Notes under the pieces: model-generated | Told to the model about the DNA's origin: nothing | The model's database searches: none | The model's input: the letters and a program-made list of their open reading frames with translations, nothing else | Shown: positions 1 to 13,054 of the stretch, piece by piece | Position numbering within the stretch: the first letter of the stretch is position 1 | How the letters are laid out: every line of letters starts with the position of its first letter | Made by a program: the position numbers and the translations under genes | Origin: Phoronis australis | Lineage: Eukaryota; Animalia; Phoronida | Assembly: GCA_002633005.1 (NCBI GenBank) | Contig: NMRA01000605.1 | Span: 188,920 to 251,311 of the forward strand | Direction of reading: 5' to 3' | DNA length: 62,392 nucleotides

Positions 1-12
1 CACAAACCTTAC

Positions 13-100
13 CTTTGTATGAGGTCGTGCTTACTTCCTCTCATAGAAGCACCCTTTTTACGCAATCTCAGATTCAGTTGGCACGGCTGCAAGCCATTTC
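13..100 (-). pseudogene. SAP-domain-like exon remnant running out of the window
   Basis: 'QLNLRLRKKGASMRGSKHDLIQ' followed by donor AG|GTAAGG; the upstream frame contains a stop. Confidence 0.4.
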
Positions 101-2190
101 ACCATGTATTTAAAGGGCTCGCGAAATCGAGGCTGTTAATCTATCACCACTAGTACACGCACGCCCTCTAGTTATTGTAGATTTTCCGAATAGCCCCAAT
201 GCTTCGGATTACCGGCGCCGCGCTCTCATTGATCCGGGCTCAAGCCGCTCAGAAGGAGGAGCGGTTAACATTCCCGATCTTTAGAAATGCGTGACTTATA
301 GCCATTGACTGAATTAGATGAGAGTTCAAAGCTTAATTGGTAACCAAAACGCTGCTTATTTTTGTGGGTTTATCTTGAAATTTGACTAAAGGTACAATTT
401 AAATGCAAATTGTGAAATACAGCAGACTTCAACTAACAATTTCAATACTAAAGGCTTTTGGTGACTCAACGAAATACTAACAGCTGTAAACTCAGACATC
501 AGTCTAATACTGCATGGTGCCAGGCTTCATACACACAACTTCAGTCCAGGGTCCCCTCTGGTTGCCGGCTTGCAGACAAATGGTTCAGTTGTTAAACAAC
601 TGTTCATTCTCAGGTGGCACCGCATTTTACTTTGAATTCAGAAATCTGGTCCAACTGAATTTTCCACATGAACTTGTTTATTTTAAATTCACTGAATTCT
701 CACTCCAATTTTTGCAGCTTCAATTTCTCACTCACTGCCTGGCCGGGCCATAGGGATTTTCCTAAACAAAATTATCACTGGATTCTCAGTGTTTCAAAAC
801 ATCTTCCCACAATTTTCACACTGACTGCCCAAGCTGTTCAATTCCCACTGGGTTCTCACTGGCATTTCTGACTATAATGGTTGATAGCGAGAATCTAACT
901 GGAATCACTGGAATCACGTGTGATTCTCACTTTGTTTTTGATCAGGAATAGACGTGGCTCACGACTCCATCAATAGACGTCGCTCCCGTCACAGATGTAA
1001 AAGTTTTTGAGATCACTCAAATGCCGGAATTCATTTAACTAGTAGATAGTGTGTGACATTTTTTGGTAACTCATCGTTTTAGGACAATATAGAAGTCAGT
1101 TCAATGACAAAATATCTCCTTCTTTTCCCAAAATACGCCCGGGCGTACATTCGGTTCCATGTGACACAGTTCCATTTTACGGGAACAAATTTGCTAGCTT
1201 TAGTATTACCTTTGCACATTTGCCAGCTGATGTTTACCTCGAAGTAGAAGCGTTAAAGTGTTTTAGTTTTTTGGTGAGTTGTGGCTATGGATTTTTATAG
1301 GTGACTAGACTGTGTACGAGTTCCGCACTGAACCGTTTTGTGTGGTAACAGTACTCGGGTCCAGTTCTAACTAACAGTGTTGGCCTTTTAGACTTTTAGT
1401 TTTGTTTTGCTTTAAATTGGAATTGCGCTTAACCTCAACTCCTCAAGATCGCGAAAGCGTGAACTTAGAATTACATCATTTAACCAATCAAATTAAACTT
1501 GTTGTAAAGCATTTTTGTAATGTTGACTCCACGATCACCCATTTTCTCCTGTACTTGGACTTGTGTCATGTGTTATGAGGAATATGAGAATGGAGGTTAA
1601 TCAATTGTTTTGATGAGTAAAAATCAGTAAGATCACAAGTGGTTGGAAATCAATAATAAATGTTGGGTAAAATCTACACTATTTACAAAATTTTATCAAC
1701 ATTTTATTCGTTTCTGTGCAATGCCATTTTTATCAACGTGAAGATTATTATTTGAGGGAACTTGCAAAGTTTACTAGACAGTGACCACCGTCCTTCTGGC
1801 ACGTAGGATGGTGGAGCTCTGTAGGCCCTTCATACCCCGAAAGCTTTTTGGCTAATTATGCCTTGCACTGACTGAAACATCAAAGTGATACTGTTATAAA
1901 TACCATTTGCTCACAAAGGGACACCTTAGGAGGCCGTAGATGTATGCAATTCCTTCCAACTTGAACAAATACTCCGGATATCAAACTTTTTCTTCGACCA
2001 GTCCCTCGTTCAGTTCCCAAAATCGGTAACTCACCATTTTTAACACTGCACGCGCCAGGTGGTATGATGTCATATCCCCTGGCGTGCAATGTTTGATGCA
2101 TGATTTGCTACCTGGCTTCACTGAATCATGGTGTGGAATGTAAAAGCGTACAACTTAAATCATTTAACAGGCATGATATTTTTCTAGGTA

Positions 2191-3469
2191 ATGGCCGAAA
2201 ACAGCAGCAGCCCATCTCCAGAAGAGTTGGTTGATTTCTTTCAACTTCAGCTTGCTGAGATTGATATGTTACAGAGCATGTTTCCTAACGAAGGGGAATT
2301 TAAACTCGACGATCGTTTTGTACTGCAACAGATAGAAGATATTGTCTGTGGATCTTCTGAGTACAACAAGAGCATGCTGAGAATAGGGTTTACCATTCTG
2401 TTGGTTACCAACTCTGAATCAGAGAGTGAGGTAACTAATTCTGAAAAAAAAACATTTTATTAAAAAATCTTGTGAGCTCTGCTTGGTAACCTTATTGTAA
2501 AAACATTTTTGACTTCATGATCAAAAGTACAACAACAACTGTATAGTAAAATCACAATTATAATGCCTGTTGGATATGTGAGTGACAAATTTAAAGAACT
2601 AATTTGTGAAGGACATATTTGAAATTGTTTAGAGGTTCTGCAGAAGGCTCTCTGTGCATGCTAGGATTAAATTTGGCAACTTGACAACCAAGGTATATCC
2701 AGTTCATCTCTGTTGGAAAAATACACCCTGCTAAATCTTAACCAAAAATAGAAAACCTTTTTGTATTTGACTTTAATTCTTGTACTAATTTTTTCAGAAT
2801 GAACCGGTTGAGCTTGTTTGCACTTTACCTCATGGATATCCAAATGTTCCTCCAGATATATTTACGAGGATTAAGCACCTGAATAGGAGTCAACACACCT
2901 CATTCATGGAGGAATTACAAACTTACCTGAAGTCATTACAGTGTGGTGAAATGTACATTCTTCCGATCATTGAATGGATAAAGGATAACATAGATAAATA
3001 CAGTGGAGGTAATTTAACAGCTGAAGCAGGAGACACACAAGCTGGGAAATCACGCAGCACATTTTCTCGTTTGTGGATTTACAGTCACCATATTTATAGT
3101 AAAACAAAACGCACGGATATTAACGACTTTGCTAAGGAATTGAACTTTACCGGATTTGTTATGCCAGGGAAACCTGGCGTCATATGCGTGGAGGGATATC
3201 TGGACGACGTGGAAACGTTCTGGCACCGAATTCGACGGATGAATTGGAAAAGGATTATGATTAAGGAAAAAGAGGATGTTGAAACTGATTCAGGTGACAT
3301 TAATGAGCTGCGGAAATTTGAGGACTTCAAGGAGATTGCCTTTGATGTTCGTGCTGGTAAGGGACGAGAATACCACATGGACCTTGGGTTGTTTTATAAC
3401 TTTTTACTGAATCATGATTGTGGCCACGTGTTTGAAATGTATTTTGGTGTCGAGGGTAAAAAGTCTTGA
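2191..3469 (+). CDS. RWDD2: RWD domain-containing protein 2 (RWDD2A/2B-like), exons 2191-2430 and 2798-3469, 303 aa
   Basis: Phase-0 GT-AG intron (GAG|GTAACT ... TTTTCAG|AAT) joins 'QLAEIDMLQSMFP' to 'LPHGYP' (RWD domain). The C-terminal 'RLWIYSHHIYSKTKR...GFVMPGKPGVICVEG' matches RWDD2 family from memory. AATAAA near 3869; probable 5'UTR donor G|GTGAGT at 1273/1274. Confidence 0.92.
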
Positions 3470-4689
3470 CTAAAATGTGCTGGGCTATAGTGTGATGTGT
3501 AATGGTCGGATATAACAAGCGTGAATTTTGAGAACCAGTTTCCTCACTGAATAATGGACATTAAATTGGTTCTCAAATACGGAACGTTATATTAGACCGT
3601 TGCCGTTTGATGTGCAATGTCTACTCTTACATGAGAGTGGACAATGTTTACTCTTGTATGCCAATATTTTATTGCTGCAGATATTCATATGCACAGTAAT
3701 ATCTCACCAATTTCAAACAAAAATATTTGCCAAAATTTTCCTTATTCATTTTTCAAAGGCTTGTACCATTGTAGTTGTGTTTGCCAAAAACATTGTCTCA
3801 TGGTAACTAAACTATGCTTTAGAATTTGAAAGTTCTTTAGCATTTATTAGGTAGTATTTCCTTTTTATAAATAAAATTATCACTTGTCTGCCATACTGTG
3901 TCCTCAGTTGGTGAGATTTCACTGTAATAGAATGTATTTCTTGGGGATTGAGGGTACTTCAATGAAAAATGAAAATAAAATATAAAATATATTCAGTGTT
4001 GCATTCAGTTTTTGATATGTCTCATTTGTAAAGTGCTCCTTTCAGTTTATTTAGCTTAAAATGCTGAACAGACTGCATTACGCTTTGGTGACGTTTTAAT
4101 CCATTTCTGCAAGAATGTTTTTCAAGCCCTCAATCACTGTTTTAGTTATACCCGTTTTGTGAGAGCCTGAAGTGTGCTCCCTTTTATTTTATGGTGTCAC
4201 CTCTAGTACTTTGAAGTGCCAACTCAATCACAATTAAATTTCTTCATTCATACAAACATTCCTGTGACAGGGCCAAAATAACCAGCGAGTCAGTATAACA
4301 GGAGTGAACCCATAGGAGGGATGTCGCCTGCTTCTCAAAATTTGAAATATCTAAAGTTTTTAAAGCACAAAGATGAGTACTATTTACTAAACACTCCCTT
4401 AGCTATAATTGTAACCATTGGTTTTTGACAGAAAAAAACAAAGTGGATTCGTGAAACGTGTGGCTATTTTTTTCTGGGAATGTAGCATTCTCTGGAACAC
4501 AGTTTTCTTTTTCTTCAACAAATAGTTATTTCTGAAAGAAGTCCCGTATAAGCAAACGTATAACTTCGTCATCAGTTTGCTACCACTGGGGAGATTCGAG
4601 TCTCGCACCACATCCTATAAAACAAGGAAACGCCAAACATTCTTAAATTTTAAAATTGTATTTCACAAAGTATTACAGCTTGATGTGTT

Positions 4690-7600
4690 TTAACCCCTGT
4701 ATTTTGATAAAGATTTGCCGTCATATTTCTGCATTTTCGGGTTGTCTTTGGCAATTACTTTCAAGATTTGGTCTTCCGTGACATCGTTATAGCCATTGCG
4801 TTTGATGGTGTAAGAGATACGACTCAAACTGTCGCCAAATTCCACTCCCATCGTTATGATTTGTTGCACCTCTACGTTCAAATCGATTTCCTGAAAATGT
4901 ATAATATGTTATTGGTACTATTCTAACTGCGCCCCAAACACTGAATGTAATCAGAATATACCAGTCGCAATCGCTAGACATCAGCCGGACTCAGCTTCAC
5001 ATCTTCATACATTCTTCTAGTGAAGTCTCATAGGTGAATTTCCTTTGAGAATTCTGTGCGCAGTAAATTCGACTACAGTCATGTTGCAAATGTAATTAAC
5101 AGTCCATTGTTTCATTTATGCAGTTGATTATGTTTTTGAAGTCAAATAGCGGAATGAGCATAAATTTCCTTTTTACTCAATCAGAAATGTTTGTCAACGA
5201 AGGTAATAAATTCTTCTTATTGCATAATTTTCTCCGGTCTAAAACTCAATGACTGTTGCGATTAGGACCACACATTGCAAAGGATCCTGATTTAGTTACC
5301 TGTAACTGCTTTTGAAGCTTTGCGTACTCTGCTATCACTTTACGCTGCAGTGGCAGTAAACTGCCGGGAGTTTTTGTGCCCATTATTTTGTTAGAGGAAA
5401 CTCCGGCAATGTTATCTCCAAGTACTTTGCTCAGATCAGCGAACGATTTACGTGTCGTCACAAAAGCAGCCTTGAGATCGTCGTTAACTTTCTTCTCGCT
5501 CTGAATGTAGCCGTCTGTAAAACAAACATCATACTTAATATATGGTGGAGTCATGTTAAAAAGTCAACAATAATTCAGACTTACTAGAACTTAGTTTTGC
5601 CTGACACCACAATTTACTAGGCTAAACTCTGTACTTTGTGCTTTTTCTTAAAGCGACTATAAATCCATGTTGTCGCCTAAAAATGAAGGTTTGATTTAGA
5701 TCTCATTTGGGTATAAACCACTCATGAGTAAGTTTAACTCGGATGAAAAATGGGCTTCAAAAACAGACAAATGGCAAGCTTTTGAAATTACACTGGGCGG
5801 CTAAAATGGACCACCTTGACAAGTCAACAACAAATTTCCAAGCCCAGAAGCCAACTTCTGTTTGAAAGGAGGTGGTCCGGCGAAAACAATTTCATATCTG
5901 CAAGTGAGTGGTTTAAATTTAAAGTTTATAGCAGCTATTGAAAAAAGTGGCCCTTTATTGTTGTTATACGCATCTGCAGGCTGAATAATATTTTGGTAGT
6001 AATACTCTCTAAAATTTACCAATGTTCCTTTGAATGTCTCGAAGTTCGCTCTCCGTTTGACGCATAGTGTCGCGCATGTTCTTGGCCATAAGTACGTCAA
6101 CTGTGACAGATACCCCCAATGAGAACAGACTTCCGACCACGACACCGGCTTCCTTAACGTATCCTCTGATCTGAAGAAAAAGTACGAGACGTGTGTGCTG
6201 GAACCCCTTTCTGGTGACCTTAGCATCCGAAACTGAGATCGGGACGACTGACATTTTTAATTACCACGCATTTATTTGGCTGACATAAGATACACCGGTG
6301 TAAGCAGAAAGACATTGCTGAAAGCACCTCATTCCTTCATAATTCTTCTTTGTAAATTACTTCGTATGGTTAGCACAACATGTTTGTGGGCCCACGTCTT
6401 ACGCCGTACCAAATTGGTCAGCATAGCAGTGCCTTTTTACTGTGCTGGATAACAACTTGGAGATACGAGGCTTAGTTGGCGGAGGTTGCCATTACGTGCA
6501 CTTAAGGAAGATATTTTCTCTTGTTCGATTTTCTTTGTTTGCTTTGTACTGCTCTCTGCCCGGGGTCTAATCTTTGTACTCGAAATTTCCATTGACATTT
6601 CCCGTTCTGACTTTAATATGAAATCAAGATAAGTGTCTGTTATTCTATACTCGAGTACGTTGTGGTTTACGCAGATGAGGTTCTAGTGAAAACTTGTAAT
6701 TGATGACACCTAGATAAAGGATTATTTGCGAGAAACACAATCGAACGCTATCCGTCGTCAACTATAAACGCCCTCCGTAAACACCACCTGTTGTAATTTT
6801 TCAAGACTTCTCCTAACTTTAGTTTGGAAACCTCCCTGTCACTATTTTTAATACAACTTAACTGGAACATTTCAAAATTCATTGGCCAAACCTTGAAACC
6901 ACTATTATCGATATCCTACCACTGACGGTTTGTATTTTATACAAGTTTTGTTTTTCCGTTTCAGTACATTCGACTGAAAGTAACAATACTACTCGTTTAT
7001 TATATTACATTTCATTACACACCTATGTATTTCGCGAAGGTGTACTTTAACGTTCGTTTGGTTGTGTCACCCACATGGCATAGAAGCTTGCAAGTCTCAA
7101 TACACGGTCATATGCCTATTTCTTTGGAAAACAACAGTTACCTTGGTAACGCTGGGTTTGTTCCACCAAGTGCTGAACCTGTTGTAGGTTTGTTTCGCCT
7201 TGTACCACCTTGGGTTTGTAATTGGTTGTAAGGCCAGTGACAAGGGACGAGCTTTCACTACTTCCGTTTTGAAACTTTTGGTCGATGATATCTTTCCATC
7301 TTCCTTTAACTTCTTGTACGAAAATTTAAGACCTGTGCATGACAATGGAACACGTAGTACCAACCGAATTCGAGTTACAGCCTCATGTAATTATGGACCT
7401 CTTTGGTTTTTTGAGCAGTCGAGACTTGCTGTTTGTTAACACTTAGCATCGACTGATGTATAAGTAGACAGTTATAGCGGGAACAATATCTAATAAGAAA
7501 AACTTCTCTAACGCCCGCATCTAACGTAAACCTTAAAAATGAATTTCCATGTTCCTGACTGTGCTTATGTAGCAGGGACTAATGAACGACAATGTTATTT

Positions 7601-10600
7601 GAACATCATAGGCCTATACGCTAAATAATTAAAGTGCAGTTGTATTCATTGACAACTTGTAAACGTGAAAACAAAAAAATATGCAAATAGTTGACCTTTG
7701 CACTAATGACGTACCTTGGGGAGGGGGGGTCACATAGCCCGCATCATGTAGTAGTGTTCTTTCCCAGAACCGTACGTCACAATACTTATTAGACACGGTT
7801 GAGTAGTTTACAGCAGATCATTTTCGACTCGAAACATTTGGAAATTTTCAATCTTCTTACTCACATCGTCGCTATATATGCTGCATTGCTAACTAAATTG
7901 ACCAGCAATCACAGAGGCAAGGAATAAGCGTGCAAGTTCCAATGTTTCTAAGAAGCTTCTGTGTGACAATTCACTAGACTGAATGTTAAAGGCGAAGGCA
8001 ATCTTTTTTCATGTCATTTTTAGCAAAAATAAGGTTCGTTTATTATCCCAGACATATTTTTTACTTATTTACTGCTTTTCGTATTTTAATTAATTACTCG
8101 TCATCTGAGAGCTGTCGAGTCAGTCATTGTTCTACCTCGGTTGTGATAAGTTCGGTCGTCGTTTGCTTTTGCTTATACGAGTCAGTCAACATGCCACGCT
8201 GTTGCTGCGTACTGGGGTGTACTCATTATCGTCTCACGTACAGAGGAAGAACTGTCCCACTTGCCAGAGTGTACCGCGACACACTCCCACTGGAGGGTGA
8301 TCTGCCAGGAGCGCCCAAACTGCTTACATCCCACCGTGTGACTCCCTCGCCACACACCTGGCACCTTCCAAATAGCTCCAATACAAGTCCACAATAAACT
8401 TATCAAACTTAGGCTCACCGATCTGTTCATTGGATGACGAACTGTCCTCTTCAATGGGTGTCGAACGAGCCTGTGTTCACTCCCACTACTCAACACGCTG
8501 CAGGGCTGCTTACAGGCTCTGGGCTAGAGACAACAGCACAGGGCGAATCACTGCTATATAGTTCCCGGAATTGCATGCAATGGGGGTACGTTCGGAGGCA
8601 CGGGTGAGAGTAGATGAAGTGCTTCCAGTCACTGTATATAGTGGCCACAGCTCGTGAGGCTTCTCGCTTCAAAAACGCACTTCTCCGGGTTGGCGACGGG
8701 GCACTGCCGGGAATCAACAGCGACGGTATGCAGTGGCGGATCTAGGATATTCAAAGGGGGGGCCCAACATTTTGTCCGGCTGTAAGAATTTGTGTAAACT
8801 GAACCACGATTGTAGATGCGCATAGCACCGAATGGGGGGAGGTCGGGAGGGGGGTTTGCCCCCCTCCCGCCCGGTAAATTTTTCTGTTTTTACCTCCAAA
8901 AATCAAGCATTTTCCTTGATTCCTGAAGTATTATTCACGAAAAAGGGCAAAAAANNNNNNNNNNNNNNNNNNNNNNNNNNNNNNNNNNNNNNNNNNNNNN
9001 NNNNNNNNNNNNNNNNNNNNNNNNNNNNNNNNNNNNNNNNNNNNNNNNNNNNNNNNNNNNNNNNNNNNNNNNNNNNNNNNNNNNNNNNNNNNNNNNNNNN
9101 NNNNNNNNNNNNNNNNNNNNNNNNNNNNNNNNNNNNNNNNNNNNNNNNNNNNNNNNNNNNNNNNNNNNNNNNNNNNNNNNNNNNNNNNNNNNNNNNNNNN
9201 NNNNNNNNNNNNNNNNNNNNNNNNNNNNNNNNNNNNNNNNNNNNNNNNNNNNNNNNNNNNNNNNNNNNNNNNNNNNNNNNNNNNNNNNNNNNNNNNNNNN
9301 NNNNNNNNNNNNNNNNNNNNNNNNNNNNNNNNNNNNNNNNNNNNNNNNNNNNNNNNNNNNNNNNNNNNNNNNNNNNNNNNNNNNNNNNNNNNNNNNNNNN
9401 NNNNNNNNNNNNNNNNNNNNNNNNNNNNNNNNNNNNNNNNNNNNNNNNNNNNNNNNNNNNNNNNNNNNNNNNNNNNNNNNNNNNNNNNNNNNNNNNNNNN
9501 NNNNNNNNNNNNNNNNNNNNNNNNNNNNNNNNNNNNNNNNNNNNNNNNNNNNNNNNNNAGGGGGGGGGGGCCCGGGCCCCCTGGGCCCCCCCCTAAATCC
9601 GCCTATGGTATGGTACCCTTCTTCAGGCGTTGTTTCGCAGGGACCTTCATCAATTCAGTGTGCATATCTGTCATAATCTGACGGCAGAAAATGCTTACCA
9701 CACACTCGGTAACCCTCCACTGCTTTGTACGTTGCGTGGACGGGCAGCGCTGCGTTCTTCACATGAACGAGCTAGCCAAGTACGGCGAAGTGTGTCATCC
9801 TTCGGAAAGCGACGCAAGGTACCCAAGGCGCGTGTGAGACGATAATGAGTACATCCCGGCACACAGCAACAGCGTGTCATATTGACTAACTTGTAAGCAA
9901 AAGCAAACGACGACCGAACTTATCACAACCGAGATAGAACAATGACTGACTCGACAGCTCTCAAAGTCAGACTATAACGAAAAGAAATTGGCGCGAAACT
10001 CTTGCCTCCCAAAACGTCACTTCCGGAGTAGAAGACGAGAAATTAATCAAATTACGAAAAGCTGTAATTAAGTGAAAAATGAGTCTGGGATAATCAACGA
10101 ACCTTACTTTTGCTAAAAGTGACATGAAAAAAGGTTGCCTTCGCCTTTAATGCCGGAACGTACATATACCTTAGAGCTTGCAAGACTGTTTTAATCGGTA
10201 GCATTCGCATACATATGTAACATTACTTATGCTACATGCGAATTAAGGATTGCCACTACACACCTTGATACAAGAGTTTTGAACCGTCTAAGATGCCCAA
10301 CACGATCGTCTTTGTTATGGCGTTCTGCTTTATGTTTGCCATCTCTTGTCTATAAACCGTCAACAGGTGGTTTGTTTTCGCTTCGAATTCAGCAGCGAGC
10401 CTGTCGTAAGTTTGAGCGGAATTACCTGAAATTTCAACGAATGACGTCTCGATACATGCAGCATGCCAGATCACTTTACTACCTTGGCAAATATTCCCCA
10501 AAGATTCCACGTACGATGCACTTCAGATCAAATAAATTAATGTATTTTTGGTGGCTTTCTGTCGAACAAGAAACGACTGTATGGTGGTAGGCATATGCAA

Positions 10601-11983
10601 ATGATACAATTGGCAATTGAAAAGCAAATTATTACAAATATGTGCTGCAGTCCTTCAGTTTAAGGGTGCCCAGAAGGTCTCATAAGAAAATTAACGATAA
10701 TTTAAAAGGGTTACAACAATAATTTTCAATCAACGTATTTATATTTTTACTTACCGAGTTTTCTGGTAATGGAGATCACCAAGAACTGCAGATTTCCGGT
10801 TTGTTGACTAAGGTCGTTATTGTTGGCCAAAGCGTCAGTCATATCTTTATACAAGACTCTAGAAAATATGTAACAACCCTATGTTTTACCACGTACACTG
10901 TAATTTTACGTACTTTAACGGCTAGATTTGAAAAAAGTATATTCTGAGCAACGAGTCTCATTTGTCGACAATCCAATAGTTGATGCAAGTGAATATTGCA
11001 AAATTGTTTAATTTTGAAATTATTTTTTTCTCTATGTTAAAAATGTTGGCACTTCCTCTAAAATTTATTCCAAAGTTCTCATTCATTCACTTACTTCCAT
11101 CCCGCCAACAGGCAGATCCAGACCAACATAAATTTACCGGCTCAAACTCAGCGACGCTTCCGGATTAGCATATGTTCTGAATTTCTTTGGCAATAAACCC
11201 GCGTTTAAAAACAAGCAGATGTCACTTAGGCCTAAATTCACGATCAAGGTTTAAGTAAATTCACTTACGAATTTTCTTTATCGAGATTGTCCAAACGAAC
11301 CAGTTTAGGTTTCACTTCTTTCTCTATAGCTCTAATAGATTTATCAAGAGTGCAGATTTCTGGGTAGTATATGCACCCACCAGAGACCACATTACCAATA
11401 CTTAGAGTCAGGTCAAGGATATCAGTGATGATTCCGACTACAGCACCAGGACCTGAAAAAGTAGATATACAGATGAGACTAATGTCACGTCAAAATAGGA
11501 GGTATTCGTGGAGAGGGACAATAAAAGGTTTCCAATAAATATCTACAGATCGTTTGATAACCAAAATAAAAAAAGACAAACATTTTCGAAAAAGTTGAGC
11601 ACAGAGCAATCCTTACAACTTCCTTGGAAGCCTGACTTCAGCGTCGAAGTATATTGGGAAAGTTTACCAGCAGACTCGGCGGGGTTATCTCTTAAATAAT
11701 TCTCTTTCACCGAGCAAATAAAGATACAGACAAGTATGCTTAATCCGGAGTATGTAAATACAAATCGACTTATTTCAAGGACAAATCCAAGTTTTCTAAC
11801 TGAGATGATGTTGTATTTGGGTCTCTTGTTTTGTTTTTTATTTCTATTGTTTTTGCATCGCCGATTTATCTAATCAGCGATTCGTTCGTTACGATAGTTA
11901 AAACTAAATTGAGCAGAAAACTTGCCAGCAGACACTTGGCACAACAATGCGACAGACGCGACACAAGCGGCGAGTAGCTTCAT
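4690..11983 (-). CDS. Uncharacterised secreted alpha-helical/coiled-coil protein, ~421 aa; exons 11926-11983, 11269-11452, 10755-10858, 10264-10425, 7142-7332, 6020-6170, 5300-5514, 4690-4890 (optional in-frame exon 11617-11703)
   Basis: Eight exons with compatible phases (1,2,1,1,0,1,0) give a stop-free 1266-nt CDS. It starts with a signal-peptide-like MKLLAACVASVALLCQVSA and ends ...YDGKSLSKYRG*. The first donor is GCAAGT; the rest are GT-AG. Confidence 0.8.
8731..9607. mobile_element. Non-autonomous TIR element with 5-bp TSD (hAT-like), nested in the Kolobok-like element; interior is an N gap
   Basis: Termini CAGTGGCGGATCTAG / CTAAATCCGCCTATG; GTATG duplicated at 8726-8730 and 9608-9612. 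Confidence 0.8.
8955..9558. other. Assembly gap (N run)
   Basis: Run of N. Confidence 1.
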
Positions 11984-13054
11984 CGTGAAAGGGCTGGAAC
12001 AAAAAGAGGTACACACGACCTGAGTGAAGTATGACATCTTGAAATATCTTAAATGTTAAGAAAGCATCAGCTTAAAACGATGTAATTAAAATTGATCAAA
12101 TTAAAAAAGTTTAAATTGATAAATATTTCTAATAAGCCCTTTCAAACTCGAAGTGTCGTACATGTACTCGTAACTTTGGAACAATGGCTCGAATCGCTTA
12201 GTCAGAGTTCAAACGAAAATTCCAGATCTAGATGTTGTGATGCACGTGCTAAATGCTGTTGGGAACCATGATAAAATGTTGCGTTTGGTATCAGGTGTTA
12301 TTAAAATTTGTAACTGTTTTGATTTTCATAACAAAACTTAAAAGTTGGATAATCAGAAATCAGTGAAAATATAATTGAGAAAATTGTGACAACAGTGTTT
12401 TGACGAACGATCCGAATTGAATAATTTCATTAGAAGAAAATATTGCCATATTTTTGCAACCGATACCATCGCTTTTATATAACGAACATTTCGGTTAAAT
12501 TTTACTAAAATGACATGGTCGTGTAATCCAAACAACATCCGATCAGACAGATATAAAATCCAGAATTCCCGAAAGCGCACCTTAGTAGAATGATTTCCGG
12601 CCATCGAATTAGTATAGGCATATCGACGAATGCAATATTGTTGTACATCTTTCCAACAACGTACCAACAAAACTCAACCTAACATGATGTATCGGTATTC
12701 ACTCACCTAGTATTCTACTCCCTACACGTCAACGATAGTTAAGTGCGCGGCGGAGGACTGTCTAAAAGTTATATGGTGCGGCGGCAACCATTATCAGGGC
12801 AGGTGGTGATTCTATCGAAAGATATCGACGTCAAACCTTCCCGTGAGAGTTTTGACTGCTGACCATGCCAACAGTCGAAGACTCTACGAGCAAACACACT
12901 TTAGATCTTGATGAGAAAATTCACATGATGTCAATGTCAGACATGTGTCCTTGAACCCAACAGTATCGGTGCTGTTTTTTTCTTTAATTTTGTCATGATG
13001 GCTATTCCAATAAAATTTTCTTTAAAACCCGTACGTCTACTGATTAAAGCACTG

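Larger units (their letters stand above)
8240..9880 (-). pseudogene. Frameshifted THAP-domain transposase N-terminus, interrupted by a nested insertion
   Basis: 'MTRCCCVPGC...RRFPKD..LRRTW', 'RVCGKHF', 'LKKGTIP|SL' (AVPT-type box split by the insertion), then 'KFIVDL..LELFGRCQVCG...WEC..HSGKWDSS'. Confidence 0.75.
7990..10146 (-). mobile_element. Kolobok-like DNA transposon derivative with long inverted arms and a decayed THAP/transposase 5' region
   Basis: TTAA on both flanks; termini AGGCGAAGGCAA...TTGCCTTCGCCT; arms 7990-8237 and 9834-10146 are inverted copies. Confidence 0.8.

Noticed and set aside
8832-9596. 254-aa ORF
   Set aside because: Artefact of reading through an N gap.
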